DNA of 64,000 nucleotides from an uncultured Acidobacteriota bacterium (GTDB lineage Bacteria; Acidobacteriota; Vicinamibacteria; Vicinamibacterales; 2-12-FULL-66-21): NCBI GenBank assembly GCA_963817635.1, contig CAWFPR010000027.1, positions 26,274 to 90,273 of the forward strand, read 5' to 3'. Shown piece by piece: positions 52,141 to 64,000 of this stretch (position 1 is its first letter; each line of letters starts with the position of its first letter). The notes under the pieces were generated by a model. It saw only the letters and a program-made list of their open reading frames with translations, ran no database searches and was not told where the DNA came from. The position numbers and the translations under genes were made by a program.

Positions 52141-52542
52141 GTCATCGGAGTGTATGGATCTCCTGTCGCCTGTCGACACGAATGGGACGGGGCCGCCGGG
52201 ACCGAGGGCGGAGCGCTACCTTTCGCTGACGTTCCGCAGCTTGTCCCTGCGCGTGGCGATTTGCCCGAACGGATTGTTGAATCCGCCGGCGTGACGCGGG
52301 TCGCTATCGCGCTCGTCTCATCGCGTCGTCCCAGCGTCCATCCCGGGGCCACCGGCAGTCGCCCCGCCACGCGTGGCTTCACCACCGCGCCCGGAATTCC
52401 GGATCGACCGCGGCTCGTCGCATTCCGATCGTTGGATTGTCTTTTTGGTACCTTCCTCGTCGCACCGGCTCGCGACTGCTCCCTATCATCCGCCTGCAGG
52501 TTGACGGATGACTGATGTCTTTTTTCAGGGAGGAACAACGAG

Positions 52543-55501
52543 ATGCGTGCACGCACACTGATTGCTCTGCTGGCGTTGCTGCTGGCGGCGCCGCTCGCGG
52601 CCCAGGAGCAGCGCGGGACCATCGAAGGGATCGTTCGGGACACGTCCGGCGCGGTTCTGCCGGGTGTCACCGTCGAGGCGAAGAGCCCGAGCGGCGCGAT
52701 GCTGACCACGGTCAGCGACGCGACGGGCGTTTACCGGTTCCCCTCGGTCGCGCCGGGAACCTACACGATCTCCGCCGCGCTGGCGGCGTTCGCGCCAGGC
52801 CGGACGCCTGACGTCGTGGTCGGCCTCGGCCAGGTGAAGAAGGTCGATTTCCAGCTCGGGCTCGCCGGCGTCGCCGAATCGGTACAGGTCACCGCCGAAT
52901 CGCCCATCGTGGACGTGAGGCAGAGCGCGCGGCAGACCAACATCAGCGCCGAGCAGGTCACGCTGCTGCCGCGCGGCCGCGATTTCACCACGCTCGTCAC
53001 GCAGGCGACCGGGGCCAACGACGAGGCGAAGCTCGGAGGCCTGTCGATCGACGGCGCCAGCGCCAGCGAGAACCGCTACATCATCGACGGCATGGAGACG
53101 ACCGACCTCGTCAATGGCGTGTCGGGCAAGCTGCTGAGCGCCGATTTCGTCGAGGAGGTGCAGGTCAAGTCCAGCGGCTACACGGCTGAGTTCGGGGGCG
53201 CGACGGGCGGCGTCGTCAGCGTCGTCACCAAGAGCGGCACGAACGACTGGCACGGGAGCGCGCTGGCCAACTACGACAGCGACCTGTTCCAGGCGGGCCG
53301 GACGCCAACGCTGCGCATCAGCCTCGCGAATGCCGCCAACGCGGAATACATCACGTATCCGGAGGACACCTTCTCCCACATCGAGCCGGGCTTCTCGATT
53401 GGCGGGCCGATCGTCCGGAACAAGGCGTGGTTCTTCGGTGCGTACCAGCCGTCGCTGCTGACGACGAAGCGGACGGTCAACAATCAGCCGGAAGTCACGC
53501 AGCACGCGGACACCCACTACCTCACCGCGACGCAGACCGCGCAGCTCACCGACAGCATCCGCACGCGGCTGGCCTACAACAACAGCTGGGGCAAGACGCG
53601 CGGCCTGCTGCCGGCGCTGAACGGCACCGATCCGGTGGGCACGAACTACAGCAAGGAATCGACGTTCCCCAACTACACGTTCTCGGGGAACCTCGACTGG
53701 GTCGCGTCGCCGAAGCTGTTCTTCGGCATTCGCGGCGGCTACTACATGTCCGATCAGCACGACTCGAATGTCACGGAAGAGGTCCGCTATATCTTCCTGA
53801 ACACCAGCAACACCGGAATCCCCGGCGTGCCGCTCGACCTCCAGCACCCGTCGAACTTCACCAACATCCCGTCGAACTTCAAGGTGACGCGCAACCAGCA
53901 GACGCGCGCGTACTTCCAGGCCGACGGAACGGTGTACGCCAACCTCGCCGGCGCGCACCAGTTGAAGTTCGGCGTCCAGGCGGACCGCGTGGGCAACAAC
54001 GTGCTCAGCGGCGAGTCGAAGCCGCGCGTCAACATCCGCTGGGGCAGCTCGCTCTCGACCGGCGTCCCGGTGACCAGCGGCGCCTACGGTTACTACTCCG
54101 TGCGCAACAACGCCGCCGACCCGACACAGGGCTTCGTCACCGAAGGGAACATCCACACCGTCAACCTGGGCCTGTTCCTCCAGGACGCGTGGACGATCAA
54201 CAACCGGCTGACGGTCAACGCGGGCGTGCGCACCGAGCGCGAGCGTGTCCCGACCTACACGGTGGGTCAGGACGTGCCCAAGTTTGGCATCGAGTTCGGC
54301 TTCAAGGACAAGCTCGCGCCGCGCGCCGGCTTCGCCTACGACATCAAGGGCGACGGCCGGTGGAAGGCGTTCGGCTCGTGGGGCGTGTTCTACGACATCT
54401 TCAAGCTCCAGTTGCCCCAAGGCTCGTTCGGCGGACAGAAGTGGCTGGAGTACTACTACACGCTCGACACGTACGACTGGCCGAACATCGCGCAGGGGGC
54501 CAACTGCCCGCCCGCGTGCGCCGGCACGCTCATCCGCGGACCGATCGACTTCAGGCATCCCTCCTTCGGGGCCGATTCGATCGAGCCGAACCTGAAGCCG
54601 ATGCGTCAGCAGGAAGCGACCTTCGGCGTCGATCACCAGCTCAACGACGTGATGGCGGTCAGCGCGCACTACGTCCACAAGCAGCTCGATCGCGCGATCG
54701 AGGACACGGGTTCGCTCGACGCGGCCGGCAACGAGATCTACATCGTCGCCAACCCGGGCGAAGGGTTGACCAAGATCGCCTATCCGGGCGTGGATCTGCC
54801 GAAGGCCAAGCGCGACTACGACGGCGTCGAGTTCGCGTTCGAGAAGCGGTTCGCGCACCGCTGGTACCTGCGCTCGAGCTATCTGTGGAGCCGTCTCTAC
54901 GGGAACTACTCGGGGCTGTCGGAGTCGGACGAGAACGGCCGGACGAACCCGAACGTCGGCCGCCTGTTCGACTACCCGATCATGATGTTCACCGAGAACG
55001 GGCAGCCGTCGGTACGGCCCGCTCGCCACGGATCGGCCGCACCAGTTCAAGACCCAGTTCATCTACTCGCTGCCCTTCGGCACGACGGTCGGGCTGAACG
55101 AGTTCCTGGCGAGCGGCCTGCCGGTAACGCGCGATGTCGGCGTACTGCCGACCAGCAACTTCCCGGTCCAGTATCTCGGGCGCGGCAGCGACGGGCGGAC
55201 GGACGTCTTTTCCCAGACGGACCTCCTGCTCCAGCACCAGTTCGCGATCCCCGGCAACAGGCAGCTTCAACTCAGCCTGAACGTGCTGAACCTGTTCAAC
55301 CAGCGCGCCGGCATCTCGAAGTTCACGACCCAGCAGCGCAACGACGGCATCACGTTCAATGAGGCCGACTTCTACGCCGGCCGCCTGAACTTCTCGCAGC
55401 TCATTCAGGCGCAGAACGTGGACATCGATCCGCGCTTCCTGATGACCAACGGCTACCAGGCTCCCCTGGCCGCGCGCGTCGCGGTGAAGTTCGTCTTCTA
55501 G
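52543..55501 (+). CDS. TonB-dependent receptor-like protein with carboxypeptidase-regulatory-like domain (copy 4); one frameshift near 55030
   Basis: GGGAGG upstream; MRARTLIALLALLLAAPLAAQEQRGTIEGIVRDTSGAVLPGVTVEAKS...; ORFs 52543..55362 and 55283..55501 join; ends AARVAVKFVF. Confidence 0.8.
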
Positions 55502-55612
55502 TTCCATCCGTGAGCCCGCCGGGTTTCGGCCCGGCGGGCCCTCCGTTCCTCCCACGCCCCCGCGTCTTGCCCCTCCGTGGTTGTCGTGCCCCGCCGGCGT
55601 GGAGACACTGCC

Positions 55613-56125
55613 ATGGTGGTGGAGGCGACCAGGCCGGAGTCCAGTGTCACGCGGCGATCGTACCTGCGGTGGCTGTCGCTGCTCGCGCTCGGCCTTTTCG
55701 CCCTGCTGCCCCCGCCTTCCCTTACGACGGCGCCGGATGGCGCGGCGAGCCTCGAGCCGACTGTCGCAATGCTCGAACGCGATCTGATGCGCGCCGTGCA
55801 GTCGCGCGATCGCGCGCGGCTCGACGCGCTGATCGCGCCGGACTGCGAACTGACCGGATCGGACTCGAGCGGCGAGCGCGTGGGCAAGCACGCGTACGTC
55901 GCAGCCGCGCTCGACCCCGCGCAGGTGACGCTCGACGAATTCCGCTTCGAGGACCTCGCAACCACCAGCGTCGCGGCCGACGTCGCGATCGTGCGCGCCA
56001 CGCTGGCTCGACGCGGCCGGGAGCGCGGTCGCCCGACCAACGATCGCCTGCTGCTGACCGACGTGTGGAAGCGGCGCAGCGGACGCTGGCAGCTCGTCAG
56101 CCGCCACGCCAGCGCGGTGCGATAG
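55613..56125 (+). CDS. secreted NTF2-like (DUF4440/SnoaL-like) domain protein
   Basis: signal LRWLSLLALGLFALLPPPS; C-terminal LLLTDVWKRRSGRWQLVSRH typical of the DUF4440 fold. Confidence 0.55.
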   Translation: MVVEATRPESSVTRRSYLRWLSLLALGLFALLPPPSLTTAPDGAASLEPTVAMLERDLMRAVQSRDRARLDALIAPDCELTGSDSSGERVGKHAYVAAALDPAQVTLDEFRFEDLATTSVAADVAIVRATLARRGRERGRPTNDRLLLTDVWKRRSGRWQLVSRHASAVR

Positions 56126-56216
56126 GGGCTTGGCAGGCTTGGGGCTTCAGGCTTAGGAATTCTGCCCTGAACGCCTGGGCCCCGAGCCTTGGCCTGAGCC
56201 CTGAGCCCTGAGCCCT
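56125..56216. repeat. GGCTTGG / CTGAGCC heptad hairpin element (REP-like), second full copy
   Basis: GGGGCTTGGCAGGCTTGGGGCTTCAGGCTTAGG...GCCCCGAGCCTTGGCCTGAGCCCTGAGCCCTGAGCCC; the arms pair with G-U wobbles as RNA. Confidence 0.6.
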
Positions 56217-56248
56217 GCCGAACGGCGTACAATGGCCGTCGGATCCCA

Positions 56249-56876
56249 ATGACCATGACTGCCGACGACGAAGAAATCGTCCGTGCGTTCCGCCGCCAGG
56301 CTCAGGACGCGCGCAAGGCGGTCGCCGCGCTCGAGGACACCAGCGGCGTCCTGCGCATGGCGGACGGCTATATCGAAGAGGCGCACTGGCTCGAGCGCTA
56401 TCGGCTGCTCTGCGTGCCCGTGCGCCGCACGTTCCTCGAGCACGACAAGGCGAGCTTCCGGCGCTCCGCCGCGATCCTGCGCGAACACCAGGACGAGGCC
56501 GTCCGGACCCGGGCGGCCGCCGCGTCAGGCGCGTACGAAGCCGTGATGAAGCGAGCTCGGCCAGGAAGTCGGCCTCGGTGGCCGGCGCGTCAAACGGGCG
56601 ACCATCGTGAGGACATGGCTCGACGCGGCCGTCTTCCACGACAGCAGCGCGCAGCGCAAGCCATACGAGGACATGCTGGCGCAGCTCGGCCGCGCCGTGG
56701 AAGGCATGGCCGCCGAGCACACCGAAGAACTGGCGCGCGCGGTCCTCGGGCTCGACGAAGCGGCGGCGGCCGCTCTCGGCGAACCGCTCGTCCGGCCCGC
56801 TCCGCTGCCGCCTCCGCCGCCGAAACCGCGTGGGCTTGCCGCCTGGCTGAAGTATCAACTCGGCGGAAGACGCTAG
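56249..56876 (+). CDS. hypothetical protein, frameshift near 56555
   Basis: MTMTADDEEIVRAFRRQAQDARKAVAALED... continues as ...RTWLDAAVFHDSSAQRKPYEDMLAQLG... in a second frame; Pro-rich C-terminal end. Confidence 0.4.
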
Positions 56877-57049
56877 CCCCTGAACGGCCGACGGTGAACT
56901 CGTCGATGAGTGCCTGCCACCCAAGTGGATGGCCCTCTTCGCTGAAATCACGGCCGCGCTCGACGAGGACCCGGCGAGCGCAGCCCGCACAAGGGCTCGC
57001 GGACACGCGTCTGGCGGGCGTGAGACGGCTGAACGCGGTGCGGCGGGAA

Positions 57050-58373
57050 TCAGAATCCCCACTCCACGCCCAGCAGCGGCGTGATGCGATCGGACAGACC
57101 GTCGCCGCTGATGTGAAAACGCAGGTTGAAGTTGACCAGCAGCCGGCGCGATACGTTGGCCTTGAACCCGACGGCCCCGTCGTTCGCCCAGTACGACCCA
57201 TTCGCGAACCGGATGTCCGGCAGCACGGCGCTCCCGGCCAGACCGCTGGCCGTGAACTGGTACGTGGAGACGCGCGGCGAATCGATCACCCTCCGGCCGA
57301 GCAAATCGACGACGATGCTGAGGCGTGTGTTGATGCCGAAGTCGGAGCCGGCGGCCCAGAGGAGCTGATCCGGCAGGTCGCCCTTCTCTCCGGTGCGGAC
57401 ATCCCCGCCGAGCACGCTTCGACCGTTCCATTGATACGCCAGGTTTGCGTGCGGCGCGAACGCGCCGAACGCGGCAGAGAACGCACCGAATCCACGCAGG
57501 CCGGCGGCCCCCGACCCGAGCAGGTTCTGCTCGTCCCCGGTGGGCAGCCGGGCGTCGAGGCCGATGGCGAGCGCGCGACCGCGCCGCTTCATCAACGTGG
57601 CCTTGACGCGGACCACGATGTCGCCAATCCCGGCGGCGGACCCTTCCGCGAAGAACTGCTTCGTGTCGCCGTGTCCGTCGATGCTCGCGTCGTTGTGGAA
57701 ATAGTGGGTGGCGGTGTCGGTGCCGGTGCCGACCCGGTAAATCCGCGCGTTCGAAATCAACGACAGGTGCGTCGCGATAATCGGCACGGCGAGCGAAAAA
57801 TCGACCCGATCGGTGACGCCGTACGTCAGGGCGCCGCTGAACTGGCTGACGTCCGCCTTGATCGAGTTCTCGGTGAAGACGACGTCGCTCCGGCCGCCGC
57901 CTTCCTCGAAATTGTCGTGCGTGAACACGGCCGGAACGGCCACGAGCGCGATGCCGTCGAGCCGGTCGAACGAGAAGAACTGGTGGCTGAAGCCGAAAGG
58001 CCAGTCGGCCGCGGCCGATCGTCTCGCCGCGATCGGTGAGAATCGGTCCGAAACTGCTCGTCGAGCGCACGAACGTGCCTGTCTCGGAATTGAACTGGTA
58101 GGTGAAGCCCGATGCGGGGGACGGCAGCGGCACGGCGGCGAGCTGGCTGGTCAGCGCGATGTTGACGAGCCGGAAGTCCGACTGGAACGCGCTGTTGAAA
58201 TGCGCCGCGTGATTCGTGCCGTCCACGGTGAGTTCGTCGCTGCTGACCACCAGGCCGCCGGGTCCGAAAATGTCCTCGAAGAGGGTCGCCAGCCGCGAAG
58301 GACGGTCCTGTGCGCGCGCAGGCGCGGCGGCCGCCAGGCCGCAGAGCAGGACGACCAGAAGACGTCTCGACAT
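57050..58373 (-). CDS. outer-membrane beta-barrel protein, one frameshift near 57990
   Basis: signal MSRRLLVVLLCGLAAAAPARAQ; C-terminal ...LLGVEWGF (aromatic terminal residue); alternating beta-strand-like composition; join of ORFs 56097..58460 (N-terminal part) and 57050..57943. Confidence 0.55.
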
Positions 58374-58399
58374 GTGCACTCCTTCCGCGACGCGTGACT

Positions 58400-60696
58400 C
58401 TACCGGATCGGGTCGTACCGAACCTGATCGATGACCCATCCGGCGGCGGTTCGCCGGCACTGCATCGTGGTCAGGCTCTGGCTCCTGAGGCGCTGGCCGT
58501 CCCTGGTCTCCAGCTCGTAGCGCCGGGTGAACGTGACGGTTGCAGCGGCGCCGGCGACTTCGATATTCGGCGCCTCAATCGTGACGCTGATGCGGCTCGC
58601 CTGCTCGAACTCGTCGCGCAGCGCCGATTCCCGCACGCCGCCGAGGCCCGGCCAGATCCGCTTCACCGCCGTCAGGCTGCGCGCCTCGAGCGCGGTCTTG
58701 TAGTGCGCGAGCAGGTCCGTGATGAGGCTTTCGGCGGACGGTTCGGGCGGTGTCGGCTCCGGGGTTGGAGACGGTTTGGTTGGCGATGGAGCCGGCGCCG
58801 CACCGGGCGCGGGCGGGGCGGATCCCCGGGACGGGGCCGTCGCGGGTGCGGCGGACGGGACAGTGGGAGGCGGCGCGGTTGTGGACGCGGCCGCGGCGGC
58901 GGCGCGCTCCCGGTCCTGGCGCTCCTGTTCCGCCTTTGCCGCCTGCGCGGCTCTGGCGGTCTGTGCTCTTCGCTCGGCCTCCGCCCGCTCCCCTTGCGCG
59001 GCCGCTTCGGACTTCGCCGAAATCTCGGCGCTCCGGTAAAGGCCGCTCGCCTCGTAGAACCTGGCGGTGGCGTCGGCGAGGTTCCCCGCCTCGAACAGGC
59101 GCTGGGCCGTGCGCTCCGTGCCGAGCGCCGCGTCATAGGCGTGCGCGGCAAGTGTCGGCGCCGATGCCGCCCGTGCCGCGCGTTTCGCCTCGTTCATGCG
59201 CGCGCGGGCTTCGTCGGCTCCCCGCCCGCTCGATCGCGCGGCCGCCTCCTGCATCAACTGTCGTGCCTCCGGATTCCCTGGTGCGAGGCCGAGCACTTTG
59301 CCGGCGGCACGCGAGGCCTCTTCGAAGCGTCCGGCCGCCATGGCGTCCCGTGCGTCCTGGATGCCGCGAGTCACGCTGTCGAGCGTCGAGGCCGCCTGGT
59401 CACGGATGCGCCGCGCCTCGGCATGGTCGGGCGCCAGGGCCAGAACCGCGTCGGCGTGCCGGCCGGCCGCTGCGAAATCACCATCCTGCAGCGCCTGCCG
59501 CGCCTTCCCAAGGTCGCTCGCGATCGCCGTCTGATCGACCGCGACCGGCGCCTGCGGCGGCGCCGGGGCTGGTGGCCTCGCGTCCTGCCGCGCCGAGCGG
59601 CCGGCCCAGATCGCTATCGTGACGAGGGCGAGGATCGCAGCCGCCACGCCGATCCAGAGCCCGGGCGAAATCTCGCGGCGGGCGGCGGCGCGGGGCTCAT
59701 CGCCGCAGCCGGCGTCGGGGGCGGCGACGGCGCCGCCGTACCGGCCGTCGACGGCACCGCGGGAAACGGCGTCGTGCCATACGCGACGGTCGGGGCGTCG
59801 GAATCCGACGACGTCGCCGGTCGCGGCGTCTCGGACGGCCTCGGCCCCCCGCCGGATGCCGGCCGGCCGGGCGGCGTATCGTGCACGCTCATCTGCTGCC
59901 GGTGCACCGCGAGGTCACGCAGCAGCTCGGACATCTGCTGGTATCGTTCGTCTCTCGGCTTGGCGAGCGCGCGCGCGACGATGGCCACGAGATCGACCGG
60001 GAGGGACGGCTCGATTTGCAGCAGCGATTCGGGCTCTTCCTGGAGGATCCGGTACAGCGTCGTCGCGAAGGAGTCGCCCTCGAACGCCTTGCGCCCTCCG
60101 AGCAGTTCGTAGAGCACGACGCCGACAGAGAAGATGTCTGAACGCTGGTCCGCGCGCTCGCCCCTGACCTGTTCGGGCGCCATGTAGTTGATGGTGCCCA
60201 TCATCATGTTGCTGTTCGTCAGCTCGGAGGTGACCAGCCGCGCGAGGCCGAAGTCGAGAATCTTGGCGGTGCCGTTGTCGGTGATGAAAATGTTGGCCGG
60301 CTTGACGTCGCGGTGGATCACGCCGCGCGTGTGCGCGTACTCGAGCCCTTCGCAGACCTCGACCGCGATTTCGACCTTCCGCGCGAGGCTCATGCGCTCG
60401 GGCCGCGCGAGCCGCCGCTGGAGGTCCTCGCCTTCGAGGAATTCCATCGCGAGATACGGCTGGCCCTCGTGCTCGCCAAGGTCGTGGATGGTGATGATGT
60501 TCCGGTGCGAGAGTTGTCCGGCGGCGCGGGCTTCCCGGAAGAAGCGCTCGCGCTGCTCGCCGCCGCTTTCAATCGACCCTGAGATGAGCTTGACCGCCAC
60601 GACGCGCTGCAGCAGCGTATCGAAGGCGCGGTAGACGACCCCCATGCCGCCCTGGCCGAGCTTTTCGACGAGCTGGTAGCGGCCGATGCTATTCAT
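58400..60696 (-). CDS. Ser/Thr kinase - Pro-rich linker - TM - TPR-like region - NTF2-like (DUF4440-like) domain; frameshift in the linker near 59650-59750
   Basis: kinase GQGGMGVVYRA...VAVK, HRDVKPANIF, ILDFGLAR, APEQ; TM AAAILALVTIAIWAG; C-terminal SLTAVKRIWPGLGGV...VTFTRRYELETRDGQRLRSQSLTTMQCRRTAAGWVIDQVRY. Confidence 0.7.
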
Positions 60697-60810
60697 GTCG
60701 GAGAGTCGGGCGACCGACGGCCGGGGGAGACCGGCGTCAAAGGCGGGATGATAGCAGCAATTAGGGGCGGCCCGGGCGCCGAATTCTGCGGGACGGCGCC
60801 GGGTTGCACG

Positions 60811-61722
60811 CTACGGCGCCGCCGGGAACAGGCGGTCGAAATTGCCGCTCAGGATCTGGTCGCGGGCCGCGACGCCGACCCCCGCCAGCTCCATCGCCTG
60901 GACCTGCGTTTCATAGACCGGCCGCTGCCAGCCGCGGGGGAAAAATGACGAGTCGGTTCCGAACAGCAGCCGCTCCGGACCGGCCACCTGGATCGCCTGG
61001 CGGAAGACGGCGTCGAGCGTGAGCCCGGGATAGTACTTCATCCAGCTGTTCGAGCTCGACGTATCCAGGTGGATGTTCGGGCACTGGTCCACCGCGATCA
61101 GCGCCTGCCGGAGGAAGCCGGCGCCGAAGTGCGGGATGATCACCGACACCTGGGGATACCGCGAGGCCATGGCCGAGAGCGAGAGCGGATCGCCGAGCCG
61201 CAGGTCGAAGGGCGAGGCCAGGCCGAGCTTCTTGCGCACGCCGACCGTCAGCACGCCGCAGTGCGCGAACACGACGGCCCGTTCCTCCTCGGCCGCCTTG
61301 AACACCGCGTCCACCCGCTCGTCGTCCAGGCGGTACTTGTGCATGGCCGGAAAGAGCGCCACACCGCGCAGCTTCAGGTCGCGAAGGGCGCGCTTCAGTC
61401 TCGGGGCGGCGTCGGCTGACGTCGGATCGAACATGAAGAAGCCGACGAACCGCGAGGGGTATTTGGCGACCGCGACCGCGACGGACTCCTCGTCGCCCGG
61501 GATGCTGGCAATCAACGCGGCCCGGGAGACGTGGTGGAGGTCCAGCTCCTTCACCCATCGATCCGCCAGTTCTTCGGGGGTACTGGGGGGCTCCCAGCCG
61601 AGGAGCCCCGCGATCACGTTCGCGTGCTCGTCGGCCGAGAGGTGCCGGCGATCGCTCGCCACGAGGGTCTCGAGAAAGCGCGAAGAGAAGAAGTGGCAAT
61701 GGACGTCGCAGATCGTGCTCAT
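60811..61722 (-). CDS. amidohydrolase-2 (PF04909, TIM-barrel metal-dependent hydrolase) family protein
   Basis: N-terminal CDVHCHFF; 303 aa intact. Confidence 0.8.
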   Translation of the reverse strand: MSTICDVHCHFFSSRFLETLVASDRRHLSADEHANVIAGLLGWEPPSTPEELADRWVKELDLHHVSRAALIASIPGDEESVAVAVAKYPSRFVGFFMFDPTSADAAPRLKRALRDLKLRGVALFPAMHKYRLDDERVDAVFKAAEEERAVVFAHCGVLTVGVRKKLGLASPFDLRLGDPLSLSAMASRYPQVSVIIPHFGAGFLRQALIAVDQCPNIHLDTSSSNSWMKYYPGLTLDAVFRQAIQVAGPERLLFGTDSSFFPRGWQRPVYETQVQAMELAGVGVAARDQILSGNFDRLFPAAP

Positions 61723-61768
61723 GAAGGTGCCCTGATTGCGCCGCGTTCCGGGCCGCTACTCTAACGCG

Positions 61769-62288
61769 CTACTTGACGTCTCCGCAATCAGCGCCCAGCC
61801 ACTTGCCGGTCATCTTCATGTCAACGACCATCGTCCGGCCTCCTTCGGCAGCGTTCATCTTCATCGTGCCGGTGAAGGCGGTGGGGCCCGACGTCTGAAT
61901 GTGCATCTCTCCGGACGTGGGGTGTTCCCCGGTGCACGTCACCGTGCCCTCGAGCCTCGTCGCGGTGTTCGTCGTCAGGACCTGCTTGCACTTGTCGTCA
62001 GGGCCGTTGCGCATGAAGTTCGAATCGTTGAACTTCTCCTTCGTCATGCAGGTCTTGGTGACGGTCTGGTGCTGCCCCATCGCGCCTTTCATCATCGATT
62101 CCATGCGCGTTCTTCTGCTCGGGCGTCATCTTGCTCGTGTCGATGCCCGGCATCTCGCCGCCGACGTTGGTGGTGGACGTCATCTCCCAGAGGCCCATCC
62201 TGATGTTGAGCGCCGGCGCCTGGGCGAACGCGACGGCAGTGAGCGAGGCGAGGATCAATCCCGTTCCAAGCCAGCGATGACTCGTCAT
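61769..62288 (-). CDS. secreted DUF3617-like protein, frameshift near 62100
   Basis: signal MTSHRWLGTGLILASLTAVAFAQA (ORF 61998..62315 frame) joined to GEMHIQTSGPTAFTGTMKMNAAEGGRTMVVDMKMTGKWLGADCGDVK (ORF 61769..62104). Confidence 0.45.
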
Positions 62289-62487
62289 GCGACCTCCTGT
62301 ATGAGTCTCCGACACATCCCGAATGAGCCTGACGTCCGCTTTGCACGTCCTCTCCGGCTGTTCTCATCATGTCCCACGGCGCCGACACCGGCAAGCCTGA
62401 CCTCGACGGGAACAGCCCGCGCGAGCCCGCGGAAGCCATATAATCGGCTGCCTGTGGCGACGACGCTCAGAGAAAGGCAACCCGACC

Positions 62488-62812
62488 ATGCCACGTGTGC
62501 CTGTCAGCAACCTCCCGGTGAACGCGCCGATCGAGGCCGCGGCGCCTGACGCGACGCTGGTCGTCGAGATCGATGCCGCCCACCCCTGCCGGTTGGCGCC
62601 CACACGTTCCAGCTCGAGGTCCTCGACAACGCCGGGAACCGATCGGCGCCGGTCACGGCCCGCGTTGTCGTGACCGATACGCAGGCCCCCACGGCGGTGA
62701 TCAACGCCCCCCGCACGGTCCCTTTCGGCACGACGTTCACCTTGAGCGGCGCGGGGTCGGTTGACGTCGGCGGCGGCAACATCGCCCGCTACATCTGGAC
62801 CCGGATCGACTG
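62488..62812 (+). CDS. small PKD/Ig-like domain fragment protein (frameshifted)
   Basis: HTFQLEVLDNAGNRSAPVTARVVVTDTQAPTAVINAPRTVPFGTTFTLSGAGSVD in a second frame, joined to ORF 62488..62673. Confidence 0.3.
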
Positions 62813-62913
62813 AGCGCCGATGCGGATCCTGCCGGACCGGCCGGTGCTTCGCGGCATCTTCCTGATATCCTGACGTCTTCAGGAGACGTTCATCTGACGG
62901 ATCAAGCGGCAAC

Positions 62914-64000
62914 GATGCTCGGCGGCCAGGTCGCCGACATCGCTGTCGGGTCGATATTCGTGTTCATCGGCCTGGCGACCTGCTCCATTGCGGCGTTTCG
63001 CCGCGGGCGCGGCGTCCGCATGTTCGTCTGGCTGGGCATCTGGAGCGCGATGTACGGCGCGGCGCAGCTCAGTCGCTCGCCGGCCGTGATGGCGGCCTCG
63101 CCGCGCTGGCTCCAGATCGTCACCCCATACGCCAATACCGCCATCGCGTATCTGCTCGTGGTCGTCGGCTCTCTCTCGTTTCTCGAACTGAGCCTGGGCT
63201 GGCTGCGCCGGCTCATTCGGGTGGCGGCGATCCTCGGTATCGCGATTGCCGTGCTCGCCTTCATCCTTCCGGCGTCGGGCGACACGTGGCTGCTCTTCAA
63301 CAACCTGATCGCGACCGCCATCCTCCTTGTCCTGATCGTCGTCGTCGGGGCGCCGCGGTTGACTGCCAGGTCCCTGGTCCTCCAGGATCGCCGCGTGATG
63401 GCGGTCGGGACGCTCCTGTTCGCCGGCGAGGCGCTGTTCGTCAACGCCTCGCGTCCGCTGCACCTGCACGTTCCGCCGATCCTGGACGATCTCGGTTTCG
63501 CGGCGCTGCTGTTCTCCTTCGGGTATGTCGCGCTCCAGCTCGCGTTCACGAACGAGCGCCGGCTGCTGGCGGTCGACAACGAGCTGGCCATCGCACGCCG
63601 GATGCAGCTGGCGATCCTGCCGGAGGGCGTGCCCGAAATTCAGCACCTGCGGATGAGCGCCGCCTACCTGCCCATGACCGCCGTCGCGGGCGATTATTAT
63701 GAGTTCGTACCGATCGATCGGACGCGGGTCGGGATCCTCGTGGCCGACGTGGCCGGCCACGGCGTGCCGGCGGCCCTGATCGCGTCGATGATCAAGGTCG
63801 CCATGCAGTCCGTAGTGGATTGCGCCGCCGATCCGGGAGCCCTCCTGCGCGGGTTGAACCGTGTCCTTGCGGGACAGCTTCGCGCACAGCTCGTCTCTGC
63901 CGCCTACCTGTGGCTCGACACGGAGACCCGGACGGCGCGATATGCCGCGGCGGGACATCCGCCGCTCCTGCGCTGGAGCCGGGGCGCGCTCGAGCGGATC
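62914..64000 (+). CDS. multi-TM sensor fused to a PP2C/SpoIIE-type Ser phosphatase (RsbU-like); 3' end beyond the window
   Basis: ~7 hydrophobic segments; then AIARRMQLAILPEGVPEIQHLRMSAAYLPMTAVAGDYYEF...VGILVADVAGHGVPAALIASMIK; absent from the ORF track because no stop occurs inside the window. Confidence 0.7.

Noticed and set aside
62879-63958. 359-aa minus-strand ORF
   Set aside because: Antisense to the multi-TM PP2C phosphatase gene, which has clear TM helices and the RsbU/SpoIIE motif.

Overview
This 64 kb window is ~68% GC and probably comes from an Acidobacteria genome. The taxon call rests on three Acidobacteria-typical gene families: a MacB/FtsX 'duplicated orphan permease', a TIGR03436-type VWA protein, and carboxypeptidase-regulatory-domain TonB-dependent receptor-like (TBDR-like) genes with their usual sulfatase-TPR neighbours. 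Most of the window is chromosomal housekeeping and envelope genes: a tandem array of three paralogous TBDR-like genes plus a fourth copy, two sulfatase-like/TPR fusion proteins, an NfeD-flotillin operon, three Ser/Thr kinases, an ECF sigma factor, AhcY with a SahR-like regulator, a class II photolyase, a D-aminoacylase, CsaA and a c-type cytochrome. At the left end a tRNA-Pro sits next to a mobile-element-like block. That block holds two wHTH 'replication-relaxation'-like proteins, an AbiE type IV toxin-antitoxin pair with a frameshift-riddled toxin, and a decayed receiver/sigma gene. The most interesting locus is at 40232-41413. A 121-aa protein with a Nif11/borosin-binding-domain-like N-terminus, a short hydrophobic core-like stretch and a ~45-aa polycationic K/P/A/R tail is translationally coupled to a tetrapyrrole-methylase-fold methyltransferase. 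The methyltransferase carries the OphMA/SonM borosin alpha-N-methyltransferase signature motifs. This looks like a split-borosin-type RiPP pair with an atypical precursor, placed convergently next to ahcY and a SahR-like regulator. Roughly 20 of ~55 genes show apparent frameshifts. That fits an indel-prone assembly, though some genes (the third TBDR copy, AbiEii, one methyltransferase) are damaged far more densely and may be true pseudogenes. The ORF track contains many long antisense or shadow ORFs typical of GC-rich DNA, and these were not called.
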